Positions 10,695 through 20,103 of a stretch of DNA of 64,000 bases are shown in pieces. The notes beneath the pieces are model-generated. The model made no database searches, was not told the DNA's origin, and saw only the letters and a list, made by a program, of their open reading frames with translations. Within the stretch, counting starts at the first letter, position 1. Every line of letters begins with the position of its first letter. Made by a program: the position numbers and the translations under genes. The DNA is taken from contig JBGSMD010000063.1 in assembly GCA_041740355.1 (NCBI GenBank), positions 53,002 to 117,001 on the forward strand, written 5' to 3'. The stretch is from Bdellovibrionota bacterium (lineage in GTDB: Bacteria; Bdellovibrionota_C; UBA2361; CALJRW01).

Positions 10695-11060
10695 ATGGAT
10701 AATGAATTAAAAGAGATTTGGAAAAATCATTTAAGTCCGAAAAAGCTAGAGCAACTAGAAATAGAATTAGCTGACGTAAAACACATTACTGTTCCAGTAA
10801 ATCTAAAAGTTAAACTTACTAACATTAAACGACCTAACTATTCTTTTCGCTATTCAGCTCTTGCACTTTCTGCGACTTGTATATTGATGTTGGTAATTTT
10901 TAATTTTAAACCTCAGGAAAATTATCAGGCAAGTTTAAGTTCCCCAAGAAACTCTTCGGAAAAAACAGAGCTTGATTCATTACTTAATTTCTATCTGGAA
11001 GATGACAATTTTAACTTTACACTTAGCGAGCTAAGTATTTTAGACGAAGAGGAACAATGA
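10695..11060 (+). CDS. Putative anti-sigma factor (single-pass membrane protein)
   Basis: Immediately downstream of the ECF sigma gene. One TM helix (ALALSATCILMLVIF). Call is by position only. Confidence 0.45.
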   Translation: MDNELKEIWKNHLSPKKLEQLEIELADVKHITVPVNLKVKLTNIKRPNYSFRYSALALSATCILMLVIFNFKPQENYQASLSSPRNSSEKTELDSLLNFYLEDDNFNFTLSELSILDEEEQ

Positions 11061-11506
11061 AAAAACTAATCCTAATTTTAATAGTGCTACTGACAATGGC
11101 TCCATTTGCCTTCGCTGAAGATTGGAACCGCAAGGGACCTCCAAAATTTGAGGGCAAATTTGATCCTGAGGATAAAGAAATTTATGCTCTGATGAAAGAT
11201 AAACATCAAGACATGATGAAAGAGATGGAGCAAATGATGGAAGAGCGAAAAAAACTAGGGGAGCTACTACGAAATCCAGAGACAAGTGATGAACAGATTC
11301 GTACACAATCTAAAGTTATTAACGATCAAATGCTAGCGATTAATAACAAAAGAACTGATGACATACTAAGCCTTAGAAAGAAACTTCCACCGGAAAAATT
11401 TAAAAAGCTCTTAGATCGCTTTGATGAAAAAAGAGATGAAATGCGTGATAAATTTAAAGGTAAATTTGATCGCTTTGGTAAAAATTCTCATTCCAAAAAC
11501 AATTAA
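11057..11506 (+). CDS. Periplasmic charged helical protein with signal peptide (Spy/CpxP/ZraP-like stress protein candidate)
   Basis: Signal peptide MKKLILILIVLLTMAPFAFA. K/E/D/M-rich helical body. 4-nt overlap with the anti-sigma gene. Confidence 0.45.
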   Translation: MKKLILILIVLLTMAPFAFAEDWNRKGPPKFEGKFDPEDKEIYALMKDKHQDMMKEMEQMMEERKKLGELLRNPETSDEQIRTQSKVINDQMLAINNKRTDDILSLRKKLPPEKFKKLLDRFDEKRDEMRDKFKGKFDRFGKNSHSKNN

Positions 11507-11730
11507 TCATACCTTCCCTGAGGTAGGGCTTTGCCCTACCTTCTTCCACTAAATCCTTAATAATTTATAATTATTTTCTTGTAACTAACTAATCAGACAA
11601 AACACTTATCTTTACATCTCGACTAAAAGTATCTTAGAATTTAGTTATCGTAACTCCAAAAAGTAATTTCCGTTGGGAATTATTTTTTGTCATAACTTTA
11701 AATCAAGCCTAAACTTCTTCAAAGAGATCA

Positions 11731-12507
11731 ATGTTAAGATTCCCAAAAATATTTTTTATACTTATTAGTATTTTATTAATTAGCATAATCTCTATCGGTT
11801 GTGGTGGTATTGGTAAATTATTAAAAGCGGATCCTGCTCCACCTTCAGGATTTATTGAAAATCCAGAACATTTAAAAGAATGGCGTGACCATGCACCTTT
11901 TCATGGTATTTGGTTTCAAGACAAAGAAAAATTTGATAAGACCAGAAGCAAATTTAAAACTATTTACTTTGCACCTGTTACAACTGATTTTCTGCAAGAG
12001 CAAGGTTGGTGGAGCTCATTAAACACCGTAGACTTTGAGGCCTATCAAAAAGAATTGCAGATGCTGGCTGATTATACAAAAAAATCCATGGACAAAGCAT
12101 TTGAGAATGATCCTAACAAGGTTCAAACTGTAGTTCAAACTCCAGGAGAAGATACCATTGTCTATAAAATTGCGATTGTCGAAGTAGTTGCAACCAAAGC
12201 TCACATTAATGCCATTGGATCTGTTTTAGGCGCCGTTGTTCCTGGCGGTGGATTAGTTAAGTCTTCTGCTAAAGGTAGTATTGCCATTGAAGTAAAAGTT
12301 TATGATGGTGAGAGTAATGAACTAATGATTACCTGGGCGGATCGCGAGCAAGATCCAAGTACTATTTTTAGCTTAGCTGACTTTAGTTGTTTTGATCATT
12401 CCAAAAAGAGTATTGATAACTGGGCGGAGCAGCTTGTGAAGCTTCACAACACCACAACAAAAGATCGCGTGGAAGACTCTTCTCCCTTCACTATTTTGCC
12501 TTATTAA
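11731..12507 (+). CDS. Lipoprotein, function unknown
   Basis: Signal plus lipobox ISIGCGG. Confidence 0.55.
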   Translation: MLRFPKIFFILISILLISIISIGCGGIGKLLKADPAPPSGFIENPEHLKEWRDHAPFHGIWFQDKEKFDKTRSKFKTIYFAPVTTDFLQEQGWWSSLNTVDFEAYQKELQMLADYTKKSMDKAFENDPNKVQTVVQTPGEDTIVYKIAIVEVVATKAHINAIGSVLGAVVPGGGLVKSSAKGSIAIEVKVYDGESNELMITWADREQDPSTIFSLADFSCFDHSKKSIDNWAEQLVKLHNTTTKDRVEDSSPFTILPY

Positions 12508-12758
12508 CTTTTGAATCGAATCAGAGTAATAGCAACTCCTTGTACTTAAGTTGGGACCGATAAACCTCACGAAATTTATATCTTTAACCACGGTTCTATT
12601 TTTTTTGATATTAACTACAGGCCACTAAATAGTTTGAGTTTTAAAAATTAGCTTTTAAATAGCTCCCTAAATAAATTAATTGAATAGAGGTTAGTCACTT
12701 TTGTTAATGACTAACCTCTATTTTTTATAATTAGTGGTCTCTAAACCACTAAAATTAA

Positions 12759-13472
12759 TTAACGGAAAAGCTTAGTTAGTTTTTCAGCATAATTACTAGA
12801 ATCAGGAGAAACTCGACCTTCTAATAATGCTACTCGATCAACTTTCATTCCATAATAGGAATCAAGATCAGCTTGTTCTTTTCCAATTTTGCTTCCACCA
12901 ATTGCTGCACCAGCAAATAATCCTTCAGTTCTTGTGAATGCAATTACCTTAGCAGTCTCTGTATCAACACTACTATCATAATTACCTGCTACTGCACTAA
13001 GATCCGTTCCAAGTACAAAGTCACCATTCTTTAAAGACTGAACAGCATCCTTGTTCATTAGAAATAAAACAACATCAGTTGATTTAGCGCCTACTTGTAA
13101 ACCAATATTTCCTTGATTCAAGGATAGAACTGCTGGTTGACTCCACTTAGCATCAGCATTCTTACAACTTACTAGTCCAACACCATGGGCACCACCAACT
13201 ACTACTGCAGCTGTTACTACATTTGGCAAAACGGCAACACATAGTGCGTCATTTTGTATTTTCATAGGAACTTCTTTTGACTCTCCTTTGATAATTGCAG
13301 CATATACTTCTGCAGACTGATCAATCATTTTATGAAAGTGTACCAAATCTTTAATCTCTTCTTTTTTGATTTCTGCAACTTCTTCCTTGCTTACTTTTTC
13401 ATGCTGTTCAGCAAAAGTAACTATTGGAAAAATTAGGGTGATTGATAAAATCAATCCAGTTATTTTATTCAT
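12759..13472 (-). CDS. SYLF (Ysc84/DUF500) domain protein with signal peptide
   Basis: SYLF-like core VVGGAHGVGLVSCKN...EGLFAGAAIGGSKI. The signal peptide starts at the internal Met MNKITGLILSITLIFPIVTFA, so the upstream ORF extension is rejected. Confidence 0.65.
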   Translation of the reverse strand: MNKITGLILSITLIFPIVTFAEQHEKVSKEEVAEIKKEEIKDLVHFHKMIDQSAEVYAAIIKGESKEVPMKIQNDALCVAVLPNVVTAAVVVGGAHGVGLVSCKNADAKWSQPAVLSLNQGNIGLQVGAKSTDVVLFLMNKDAVQSLKNGDFVLGTDLSAVAGNYDSSVDTETAKVIAFTRTEGLFAGAAIGGSKIGKEQADLDSYYGMKVDRVALLEGRVSPDSSNYAEKLTKLFR

Positions 13473-13739
13473 GATATAGGCCTTATTTATTATTAAATTT
13501 CTTGAATCACCAATTAATTCCCAGTTGCTCTTGAACGCTCTAGCCCGCATTGTTCATCAGTGCACGTAGCGAGGCAAGGAAGTTTGGTTTCAGTTTGGAC
13601 TAAAAAATGCGCAGTGAGACCGAGGTCTCGCGAGCATATTTTCGTTCAAAATGGAATCAAAATTCATTGCCGCAGTAGTGCCATATCGATGACACACTAT
13701 AATCTTAAACAACTTCTAAATCTCTTGTAAGTCATCGAG

Positions 13740-13768
13740 ATTAGAAAGAAATTTTATTTCTTTCTAAT
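13740..13768. promoter_or_regulatory. 13-bp perfect inverted repeat (attagaaagaaat-ttt-atttctttctaat) in a divergent intergenic region; candidate operator or bidirectional hairpin
   Basis: Read directly. Lies between the SYLF gene start and the tag start. Confidence 0.3.
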
Positions 13769-14031
13769 CACTGATGAATTATGCGAGCTAGTTAAGAATG
13801 CACAACAGTCACTAAGGACATGATAATTAAAAATAATTTCCTGAGTTAACTTTTAAAAATTAGCTGAAGTTCTATTATTTCTTGACCTACTATAATTTCT
13901 ATCTTTAGTTTGCTTTATGACCTTCATCATAGGATAGGCTATTAATACTGGCTTAATCGGTCTTGCCTTTAATGAATATTGGGGGTTAATATCCTTTTTG
14001 GTTGTTTTAAACGTTATTGATCAGTAATTAA

Positions 14032-14610
14032 ATGAATAAACTAACTCGTTGTACTTGGGTCGGGACCGATAAGCCTCATTATGAAAAATACCATGACGAA
14101 GAATGGGGAGTTTCTGTGTATGACGATCGGAAATTATTTGAATTTTTGATACTAGAGAGTGCCCAAGCAGGACTTAACTGGGAAACAATTCTTAAGCGAA
14201 GGACTGGCTATAAAAAGGCTTTCTGTAATTTTGACCCTAAAAAAGTTTCTAAACTTAGCGACCATCAATTAGAGAAACTTCTCTTAAACCCTGAAATTAT
14301 ACGTAATCGACTGAAGGTTTTTTCAACACGAAAAAACGCCTTAGTTTTCCTAGAAATCCAAAAAGAATTTGGCTCATTTAGCAATTATCTCTGGGCGTTC
14401 GTAAATAATCGAAAAGTTATTAATAAATGGAAGAATCTAGCCGATGCTCCAACTGAGTCTAAGGAAAGCCAGGCTATATCAAAGGATCTAAAGAAGCGCG
14501 GCATGACTTTTGTTGGTTCAACAATTATTTATGCTTATATGCAAGCAGTAGGTTTAGTAAACGATCATGTTACTGAATGCCATTGCTACAAGCGTTGTTG
14601 TAAACAGTAA
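14032..14610 (+). CDS. tag: DNA-3-methyladenine glycosylase I
   Basis: N-terminal CTWVGTDKPHYEKYHDEEWGV matches the Tag signature (C-x-W-...YHD-EWG). C-terminal zinc ligands (HVTECHCY...C). Confidence 0.85.
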   Translation: MNKLTRCTWVGTDKPHYEKYHDEEWGVSVYDDRKLFEFLILESAQAGLNWETILKRRTGYKKAFCNFDPKKVSKLSDHQLEKLLLNPEIIRNRLKVFSTRKNALVFLEIQKEFGSFSNYLWAFVNNRKVINKWKNLADAPTESKESQAISKDLKKRGMTFVGSTIIYAYMQAVGLVNDHVTECHCYKRCCKQ

Positions 14611-14613
14611 GCT

Positions 14614-15249
14614 ATGGAAAAAGTCATTTTACTTCATGGAATCTTACTGCATGATTACAACATGTCTTCTTTAGCAAAATATCTAAAAAATAACGGCTAT
14701 GAAGTTCTAAATATTTGCTACCCTTCACGTCGGTGTCCCATAAAAGATCTAACTCAGATTGTTAAAAGTAAAATTCTCGCTGATTTTCAGTCCGATCAAA
14801 AAATTAACTTAGTTGGATTTTCCATGGGAGGTCTAATTTGGCGTTCGATCTTAGCTGAAATGCAACCTAAAAATCTTGGTCGGTTAGTGATGATAGCTAC
14901 TCCTAACCAAGGTAGTGAAGTCGCTGATGCTCTACACTTAAATCCATTTATTAGATTCCTTTTTGGTCCAGCAATTAGCGATTTGCGAACGACCGCCGCC
15001 GATCAAATTCCTAGCATTAATAATCCACAATTAGAGTTTGGAATAATTGCTGGAAACATTCCTACCTCGCCACTTTTTAGCCGATATTTCACGGAAGAAA
15101 ACGATGGCAAAGTTTCAGTTGAGAGTTCGCATCACTTAGGAGAAAAAGACCATATTGTTTTGCCATTCGATCACACATTTGCACCATTTAACAAAAAAGT
15201 TCAGCAACAAACTCTACATTTCCTAAAAAACGGCAATTTTCAACATTAA
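14614..15249 (+). CDS. Alpha/beta hydrolase (lipase/esterase-like)
   Basis: GxSxG nucleophile elbow GFSMGG. Size of 211 aa. Confidence 0.65.
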   Translation: MEKVILLHGILLHDYNMSSLAKYLKNNGYEVLNICYPSRRCPIKDLTQIVKSKILADFQSDQKINLVGFSMGGLIWRSILAEMQPKNLGRLVMIATPNQGSEVADALHLNPFIRFLFGPAISDLRTTAADQIPSINNPQLEFGIIAGNIPTSPLFSRYFTEENDGKVSVESSHHLGEKDHIVLPFDHTFAPFNKKVQQQTLHFLKNGNFQH

Positions 15250-15307
15250 TTCTGACCATAGACTTGATATATTTGTAGATTAATTTAAAAATGCGACTTC
15301 AAATTAT

Positions 15308-15397
15308 GGAGAGGTGGCCGAGTGGTTGAAGGCGCAAGCCTGGAAAGTTTGTATACTAGAAATGGTATCGGGGGTTCGAATCCCCCTCTCTCCTCCA
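15308..15397 (+). tRNA. tRNA-Ser (anticodon GGA), class II long variable arm
   Basis: Acceptor ggagagg/tctctcc. Anticodon stem caagc/gtttg with loop cuGGAaa. Long variable arm. T-arm ggggg-ttcgaat-ccccc. CCA is encoded. Confidence 0.85.
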
Positions 15398-15428
15398 TTA
15401 ACTATTCACTACGTGAATAGTTAATGGA
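15394..15428. terminator. 16-bp perfect palindrome overlapping the tRNA-Ser 3' end (tccattaactattcac-tacg-gtgaatagttaatgga)
   Basis: Read directly. No T-run follows. Confidence 0.4.
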
Positions 15429-15672
15429 GCGCGCCGAAGCTCCGTAGGAGCGAAGGTGGGCTGATTGAATACAAAAATTTCATAGCCACGGCGTAGTCCG
15501 TCTTTGCGGAGCAAAGACGTAACGAAGACGGGCTGTTTGCGATCAAGTTATTTTACTCCAGCAGTGATTGAAACGAGCAAGTGATTTTTGTAGCCATAAC
15601 GCAGTTCTTCTTTGTGAAGCAAAGACGAAACCAAAACAATTGATACTTACACAAAATTATTTACAGGCTCCT

Positions 15673-17364
15673 TTATAGGACTGGTACATCCCCAGCACTA
15701 GCAGGAGTTTCATTATCACCAATATTGTTTGTATTACCATAACCGATACTACCAAACTCACCGCTACCCCAACACCTAACACTACCGGTATCCAGTAATA
15801 CACATGTATGAATACCTCCGGCGGCTAGTTGAACCACGGTGCCACCGACATTTACATTTCCGACACTTGCTGGAGTTTCATTGTCACCAATATTATTAGT
15901 ATTGCCATAGCCAAGCTGACCATTTAAGCCTCGGCCCCAACACCTAACATTTCCCGTATCTAGTAATGCACAGGTTTTCTTAAAACCAGTAGCTATCTGA
16001 ACTACGGTGCCTCCGACATTTACATTTCCGACATTGGCTGGAGTTTCATTGTCACCAATATTATTAGTATTTCCATAACCAAGCTCCCCATCCGAACCTT
16101 CGCCCCAGCATCTTACATTTCCCGTATCTAGTAATGCACAGGTGTGATTCCCTGAAGCGGCCAATTGAACTACATTGCCACCAATATTCACAGCCTCATA
16201 GATAAGAGGTCCAATAATGTCATAAGTGCCCCCATGGCCAAGTTGGCCATAATAACCATCCCCCCAACACTTAACATTTCCTGAATTAACCAAGGCACAT
16301 GTATGATTACTTCCTGCTACTATTTGAGTTACAGTTTCATTTTCAAAATTGTAATCTTGAATAATAACAGACTCAAAGTTAGCAGGAGCTTCATCGTCTC
16401 CAACATTAGTAGTATTTCCGTTGCCCAGTTGGCCATTTCGTCCATAACCCCAACATTTAACTTGTCCAGTATTTAAAAGTGCACAGGTATGATTTGAGCC
16501 AGCAGAGATTTGAGTAACAGTCCCGCCAACATTAACATCTCCAGCATTGGCAGGTGTTTCAAAGTATCCAACAGAAGCAGTACTACCATATCCAAGTACA
16601 CCATAGTTACCACTCCCCCAACACCTAACTTTACCTGTGTCAAGTAGGGCACAGGTATGACCCCCTCCAGTAGCGATATCAACGACATTCCCGCCAACAA
16701 TTACATCCCCAACGCTTGCTGGTGTTTCATCATCTCCAATATTATAATGTACAGGAACAGTTGCATATCCAAGTTTACCAATAAACCCCTCACCCCAACA
16801 TCTAACTGCTCCAGTATCTAGTAGAACACAAGTATGACTAAATCCTGCCGATATTTTTTGAACATCTAAAGGTATATTACATAAGTTAGAACAAGCATCG
16901 TCATTAATATTATTTCCATCATCACACTGTTCTCCAGACTGCTTGACTCCATCTCCACAAATAGGCGTTGTGCATATATTAGTACAGGAGTCCTCATTGA
17001 TCGTATTCCCATCATCACACTGTTCAGCAATATCAACATCAACTACACCATTCCCACAGGTATGATTACAAGCAACCAGTCCTGAGACATGAAGCTTCTG
17101 CATTTTTTTTGATTGATTATTATATTTATTAATTCCGGTTGAGGCGAACAACTTCTTAAAATTAGAACTTAGCTTCTTATAGGTAATAAATTTCTTTTTT
17201 TGAATCTTCCCTGGCTTCCAAGAACCATTAACGTTTTTACAAACATAATTTATACCATCCTTTTCAACGTTTACCGTCTGGGCAAAAGCCGCCCCGGAGA
17301 ATAAAAATAGGCAGACTAGCAAAGATGAGAAGATAAATTGAAATGAGTTTTTCATATGGATCAT
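15673..17364 (-). CDS. Secreted RCC1-repeat protein with N-terminal Myxococcus-type cysteine-rich repeats
   Basis: Signal peptide. Two CGNG...EQCDDGN...C...C...C units. At least 8 RCC1-like blades with HTCALLDTGxVxCWGxGxxGxLGYG. Confidence 0.8.
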   Translation of the reverse strand: MIHMKNSFQFIFSSLLVCLFLFSGAAFAQTVNVEKDGINYVCKNVNGSWKPGKIQKKKFITYKKLSSNFKKLFASTGINKYNNQSKKMQKLHVSGLVACNHTCGNGVVDVDIAEQCDDGNTINEDSCTNICTTPICGDGVKQSGEQCDDGNNINDDACSNLCNIPLDVQKISAGFSHTCVLLDTGAVRCWGEGFIGKLGYATVPVHYNIGDDETPASVGDVIVGGNVVDIATGGGHTCALLDTGKVRCWGSGNYGVLGYGSTASVGYFETPANAGDVNVGGTVTQISAGSNHTCALLNTGQVKCWGYGRNGQLGNGNTTNVGDDEAPANFESVIIQDYNFENETVTQIVAGSNHTCALVNSGNVKCWGDGYYGQLGHGGTYDIIGPLIYEAVNIGGNVVQLAASGNHTCALLDTGNVRCWGEGSDGELGYGNTNNIGDNETPANVGNVNVGGTVVQIATGFKKTCALLDTGNVRCWGRGLNGQLGYGNTNNIGDNETPASVGNVNVGGTVVQLAAGGIHTCVLLDTGSVRCWGSGEFGSIGYGNTNNIGDNETPASAGDVPVL

Positions 17365-17403
17365 TAAAAAAAGGATTAACTAACTTGTTAGGACTCGGAT
17401 CTT

Positions 17404-17515
17404 CTTGTTTAATCATTAAATAATACGGCGGCAGATAACTATCGACTCTTAAAGACTTAAACTTTAGAAATAATAATTAATGATTAGTTTGGATGAGACA
17501 ACTAAGATTTGAGAT
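17404..17515. repeat. Conserved 5' upstream element of RCC1 gene 1 (paralogous to 19437..19555)
   Basis: About 85% identical over roughly 110 bp to the region upstream of the second RCC1 gene. Confidence 0.5.
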
Positions 17516-17678
17516 TCAAGGTAAATCTCGAAACTCTAAGTGACTTTATTCACGGTTAAAAGCTGTGTCCTGACTAAATCAGACTATTTAGTTCCTAAAA
17601 ATTGCAGTTCGAAAATGGTGCCTTATAAAATAAATTTTCAAGCTACAAAATTAATATGGGACTCAAGTATCATAAGAA

Positions 17679-17706
17679 GTCTAATAGATTCTAAAAACTA
17701 TTAGAC
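17679..17706 (-). terminator. Hairpin (gtctaatag-N10-ctattagac) immediately 3' of the RCC1 gene 2 stop
   Basis: 9-bp perfect stem directly after the stop codon at 17731 on the minus strand. Confidence 0.45.
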
Positions 17707-17730
17707 TTCCAACTAATAATTTCTAGTTAC

Positions 17731-19401
17731 TTACAATACTGGCACATCGCCTGCACTAGCCGGCGTTTCGTCATCACCTATATCGTTGATATTACCATAT
17801 CCAAGATTACCCTCATCCCCATATCCCCAACATCTTACAGCACCAGTATCTAGAAGTGCACAAGTATGACTAACAATATAAGAAATTCTAGCATTTGAAG
17901 TAGTTATTTGAGTAACAGTGCCACCAACATTAATATCACCAACGCTAGCTGGAACCTCATTGTCTCCAATCGTTGTAAAATTTCCATAACCAAGTTGACC
18001 AGAACCTCCAAAACCCCAACACTTCACGGCACCAGTATCAAGTAGTGCGCAAGTGTGAGTTTTACCCGCAGATATTTGGGTTACCGTACCGCCAACATCA
18101 ACGTTATCAATACTTGCAGGTGTTTCATTGTCACCAACACTATATATATTACCGTAACCAAGTTGGCCCTCTTCGGCATATCCCCAACATTTTACTGCTC
18201 CAGTAGCTAAAAGCGCACAAGTATGATTATTGCCAGCAGATATTTGAGTTACTGTACCACCAACATTTATATCACCAACATTAGCTGGAGCCTCATTATC
18301 TCCAATAGTTTCAACATTTCCATAACCAAGTTGACCAGAACCTCCAAACCCCCAACACCTAACGGCACCATTATCAAGTAGTGCGCAAGTGTGACCACTG
18401 CCCACAGATATTTGAGTTACAGTACCGCCAACATCAACGTTACCAATACTAGCAGGTGTTTCATTGTCACCAATACTATTTGTATTACCGTAACCAAGTC
18501 GGCCATTTCCTCCATCGCCCCAACATTTTACAGCTCCAGTATCTAAAAGGGCGCAAGTATGCTTTCTACCAGCCGATATTTGAGTTACCGTACCGCCAAC
18601 ATCAACGTTACCAATACTAGCAGGTGTTTCATTGTCACCAATACTATTTGTATTACCGTAACCAAGTCGGCCATTTCCTCCATCGCCCCAACATCTTACT
18701 GCTCCAGTATCTAAGAGTGCGCATGTATGTTCTTCTCCCGCTGATACTTGAGTTATAGTACCACCTACATTCACATCTCCAACACTAGTTGGAGTTTCGT
18801 TATCTCCAATATTGATTACATTAGCATATCCAAGTTGACCAGAACCTCCATAGCCCCAACATTTAACATTACCAGTCTCCACAAGGGCACAGGTATGCGC
18901 ACCACCAGCGACTATTTCCAAGACTTTGTATAGACAAGTATTCGGACAAGTATCATCATCGTTACTATTCCCATCATCGCATTGTTCATCAGACTGGACA
19001 ATTCCATCACCACATTCTGGAAAATTACAAGAATTAGTACATAAGTCTGTGCTAACTAAATTCCCATCATCACACTGCTCACCCATGGATACGTCTAATA
19101 TTGTGTTTCCACAGGTATGACTACACGCAACTAACCCAGCTATATGCAGGTTCTTCATTTTTAGTGATTGCTTATTATATTTTTTTAAGGCAGTAGCTAC
19201 ATATAATTTCTTTAGATCTGATTGTAGTTTCTTGAAAGTTATAAATTTCTTTTTCTGGATTTTACCAGGTTTCCATGAGCCTTTAATTTGACTGCAAACA
19301 AACGTTTGTCCATCTTTAGTAACGGTAACTGTCTGTGCAAAAACTGAAGATGATAAACAAAAGAATACACAAGCGGATAATAATGAAAGCCTAATTTTCA
19401 T
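17731..19401 (-). CDS. Secreted RCC1-repeat protein with Myxococcus-type cysteine-rich repeats (tandem paralog)
   Basis: Same architecture as 15673..17364 and highly similar. Repeated HTCALLDTGAVxCWG blades. Confidence 0.8.
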   Translation of the reverse strand: MKIRLSLLSACVFFCLSSSVFAQTVTVTKDGQTFVCSQIKGSWKPGKIQKKKFITFKKLQSDLKKLYVATALKKYNKQSLKMKNLHIAGLVACSHTCGNTILDVSMGEQCDDGNLVSTDLCTNSCNFPECGDGIVQSDEQCDDGNSNDDDTCPNTCLYKVLEIVAGGAHTCALVETGNVKCWGYGGSGQLGYANVINIGDNETPTSVGDVNVGGTITQVSAGEEHTCALLDTGAVRCWGDGGNGRLGYGNTNSIGDNETPASIGNVDVGGTVTQISAGRKHTCALLDTGAVKCWGDGGNGRLGYGNTNSIGDNETPASIGNVDVGGTVTQISVGSGHTCALLDNGAVRCWGFGGSGQLGYGNVETIGDNEAPANVGDINVGGTVTQISAGNNHTCALLATGAVKCWGYAEEGQLGYGNIYSVGDNETPASIDNVDVGGTVTQISAGKTHTCALLDTGAVKCWGFGGSGQLGYGNFTTIGDNEVPASVGDINVGGTVTQITTSNARISYIVSHTCALLDTGAVRCWGYGDEGNLGYGNINDIGDDETPASAGDVPVL

Positions 19402-19436
19402 AAATTTTTCTCAAATTTGAAGTGCTAAAAAATCGC

Positions 19437-19555
19437 ACTTATTAATCGTTAAATAATACGGCAGGTAGATAACTATCGGATCACCAAGTCTTAGACTTTA
19501 GAAAAGATAATTAATGATTAGATTGGATGAAGGAAAGAAGATTAAAGCTTCTTAG
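19437..19555. repeat. Conserved 5' upstream element of RCC1 gene 2 (paralogous to 17404..17515)
   Basis: Direct comparison of the two upstream regions. Confidence 0.5.
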
Positions 19556-19686
19556 ATACCAAGAAGAGTAACAAGCACTCCTTAAACTGTCCTGAAAGTT
19601 AAGAATATGAAGTAAACAACCGAGTCTACTTCAGGCTTTAACTCCACACCTAACAATCTAATATTACTAATTAAAATGATTTATGA

Positions 19687-20103
19687 TTGAATAAGTGTAT
19701 AATAAACTATACACTTAACTCAATGAAAAGATCTCTTCCTTCTCATCTTAACACAACTAACCTCGCAATTATCCGATGTCTCTACCTAAGCGACTTCCCA
19801 GTTCCACTTCGTGAAATCGCTTATCGAACTAATCTTCAGATTAGAACTGTACAACTGATCTTAGAAAAATTTTTGAAAGAAAAAATTGTTCGAAAAAAAC
19901 GGAAAGGGCAACGGACTTCCTATACTATTAATAAAGAAGATCCCTACATTATTTTGCTTAACGAATTTATCGAGAAGCAAAATATGATGGAACTAAATCT
20001 GGCATCTCAAGAATATTCTGAAAGAGCTACTAATGCTCTACCCAATATTGTCAAAATGTATGAATTAGTAACTAGAGGTAAGAGAGATTATGAATCTAGA
20101 TGA
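19687..20103 (+). CDS. Small winged-helix DNA-binding protein (putative transcriptional regulator / antitoxin candidate)
   Basis: HTH-like segment LREIAYRTNLQIRTVQLILEKFLKEKIVRKKRKG (recognition helix plus basic wing). A probable true start is the internal Met MKRSLPS. 14-nt overlap with the next gene. Confidence 0.45.
   Translation: MNKCIINYTLNSMKRSLPSHLNTTNLAIIRCLYLSDFPVPLREIAYRTNLQIRTVQLILEKFLKEKIVRKKRKGQRTSYTINKEDPYIILLNEFIEKQNMMELNLASQEYSERATNALPNIVKMYELVTRGKRDYESR

Noticed and set aside
13473-13550. Upstream extension of the SYLF gene (MRARAFKSNWELIGDSRNLIINKAYI)
   Set aside because: The signal peptide begins at the internal Met. The extension has no function, and the internal ATG has a better RBS context.
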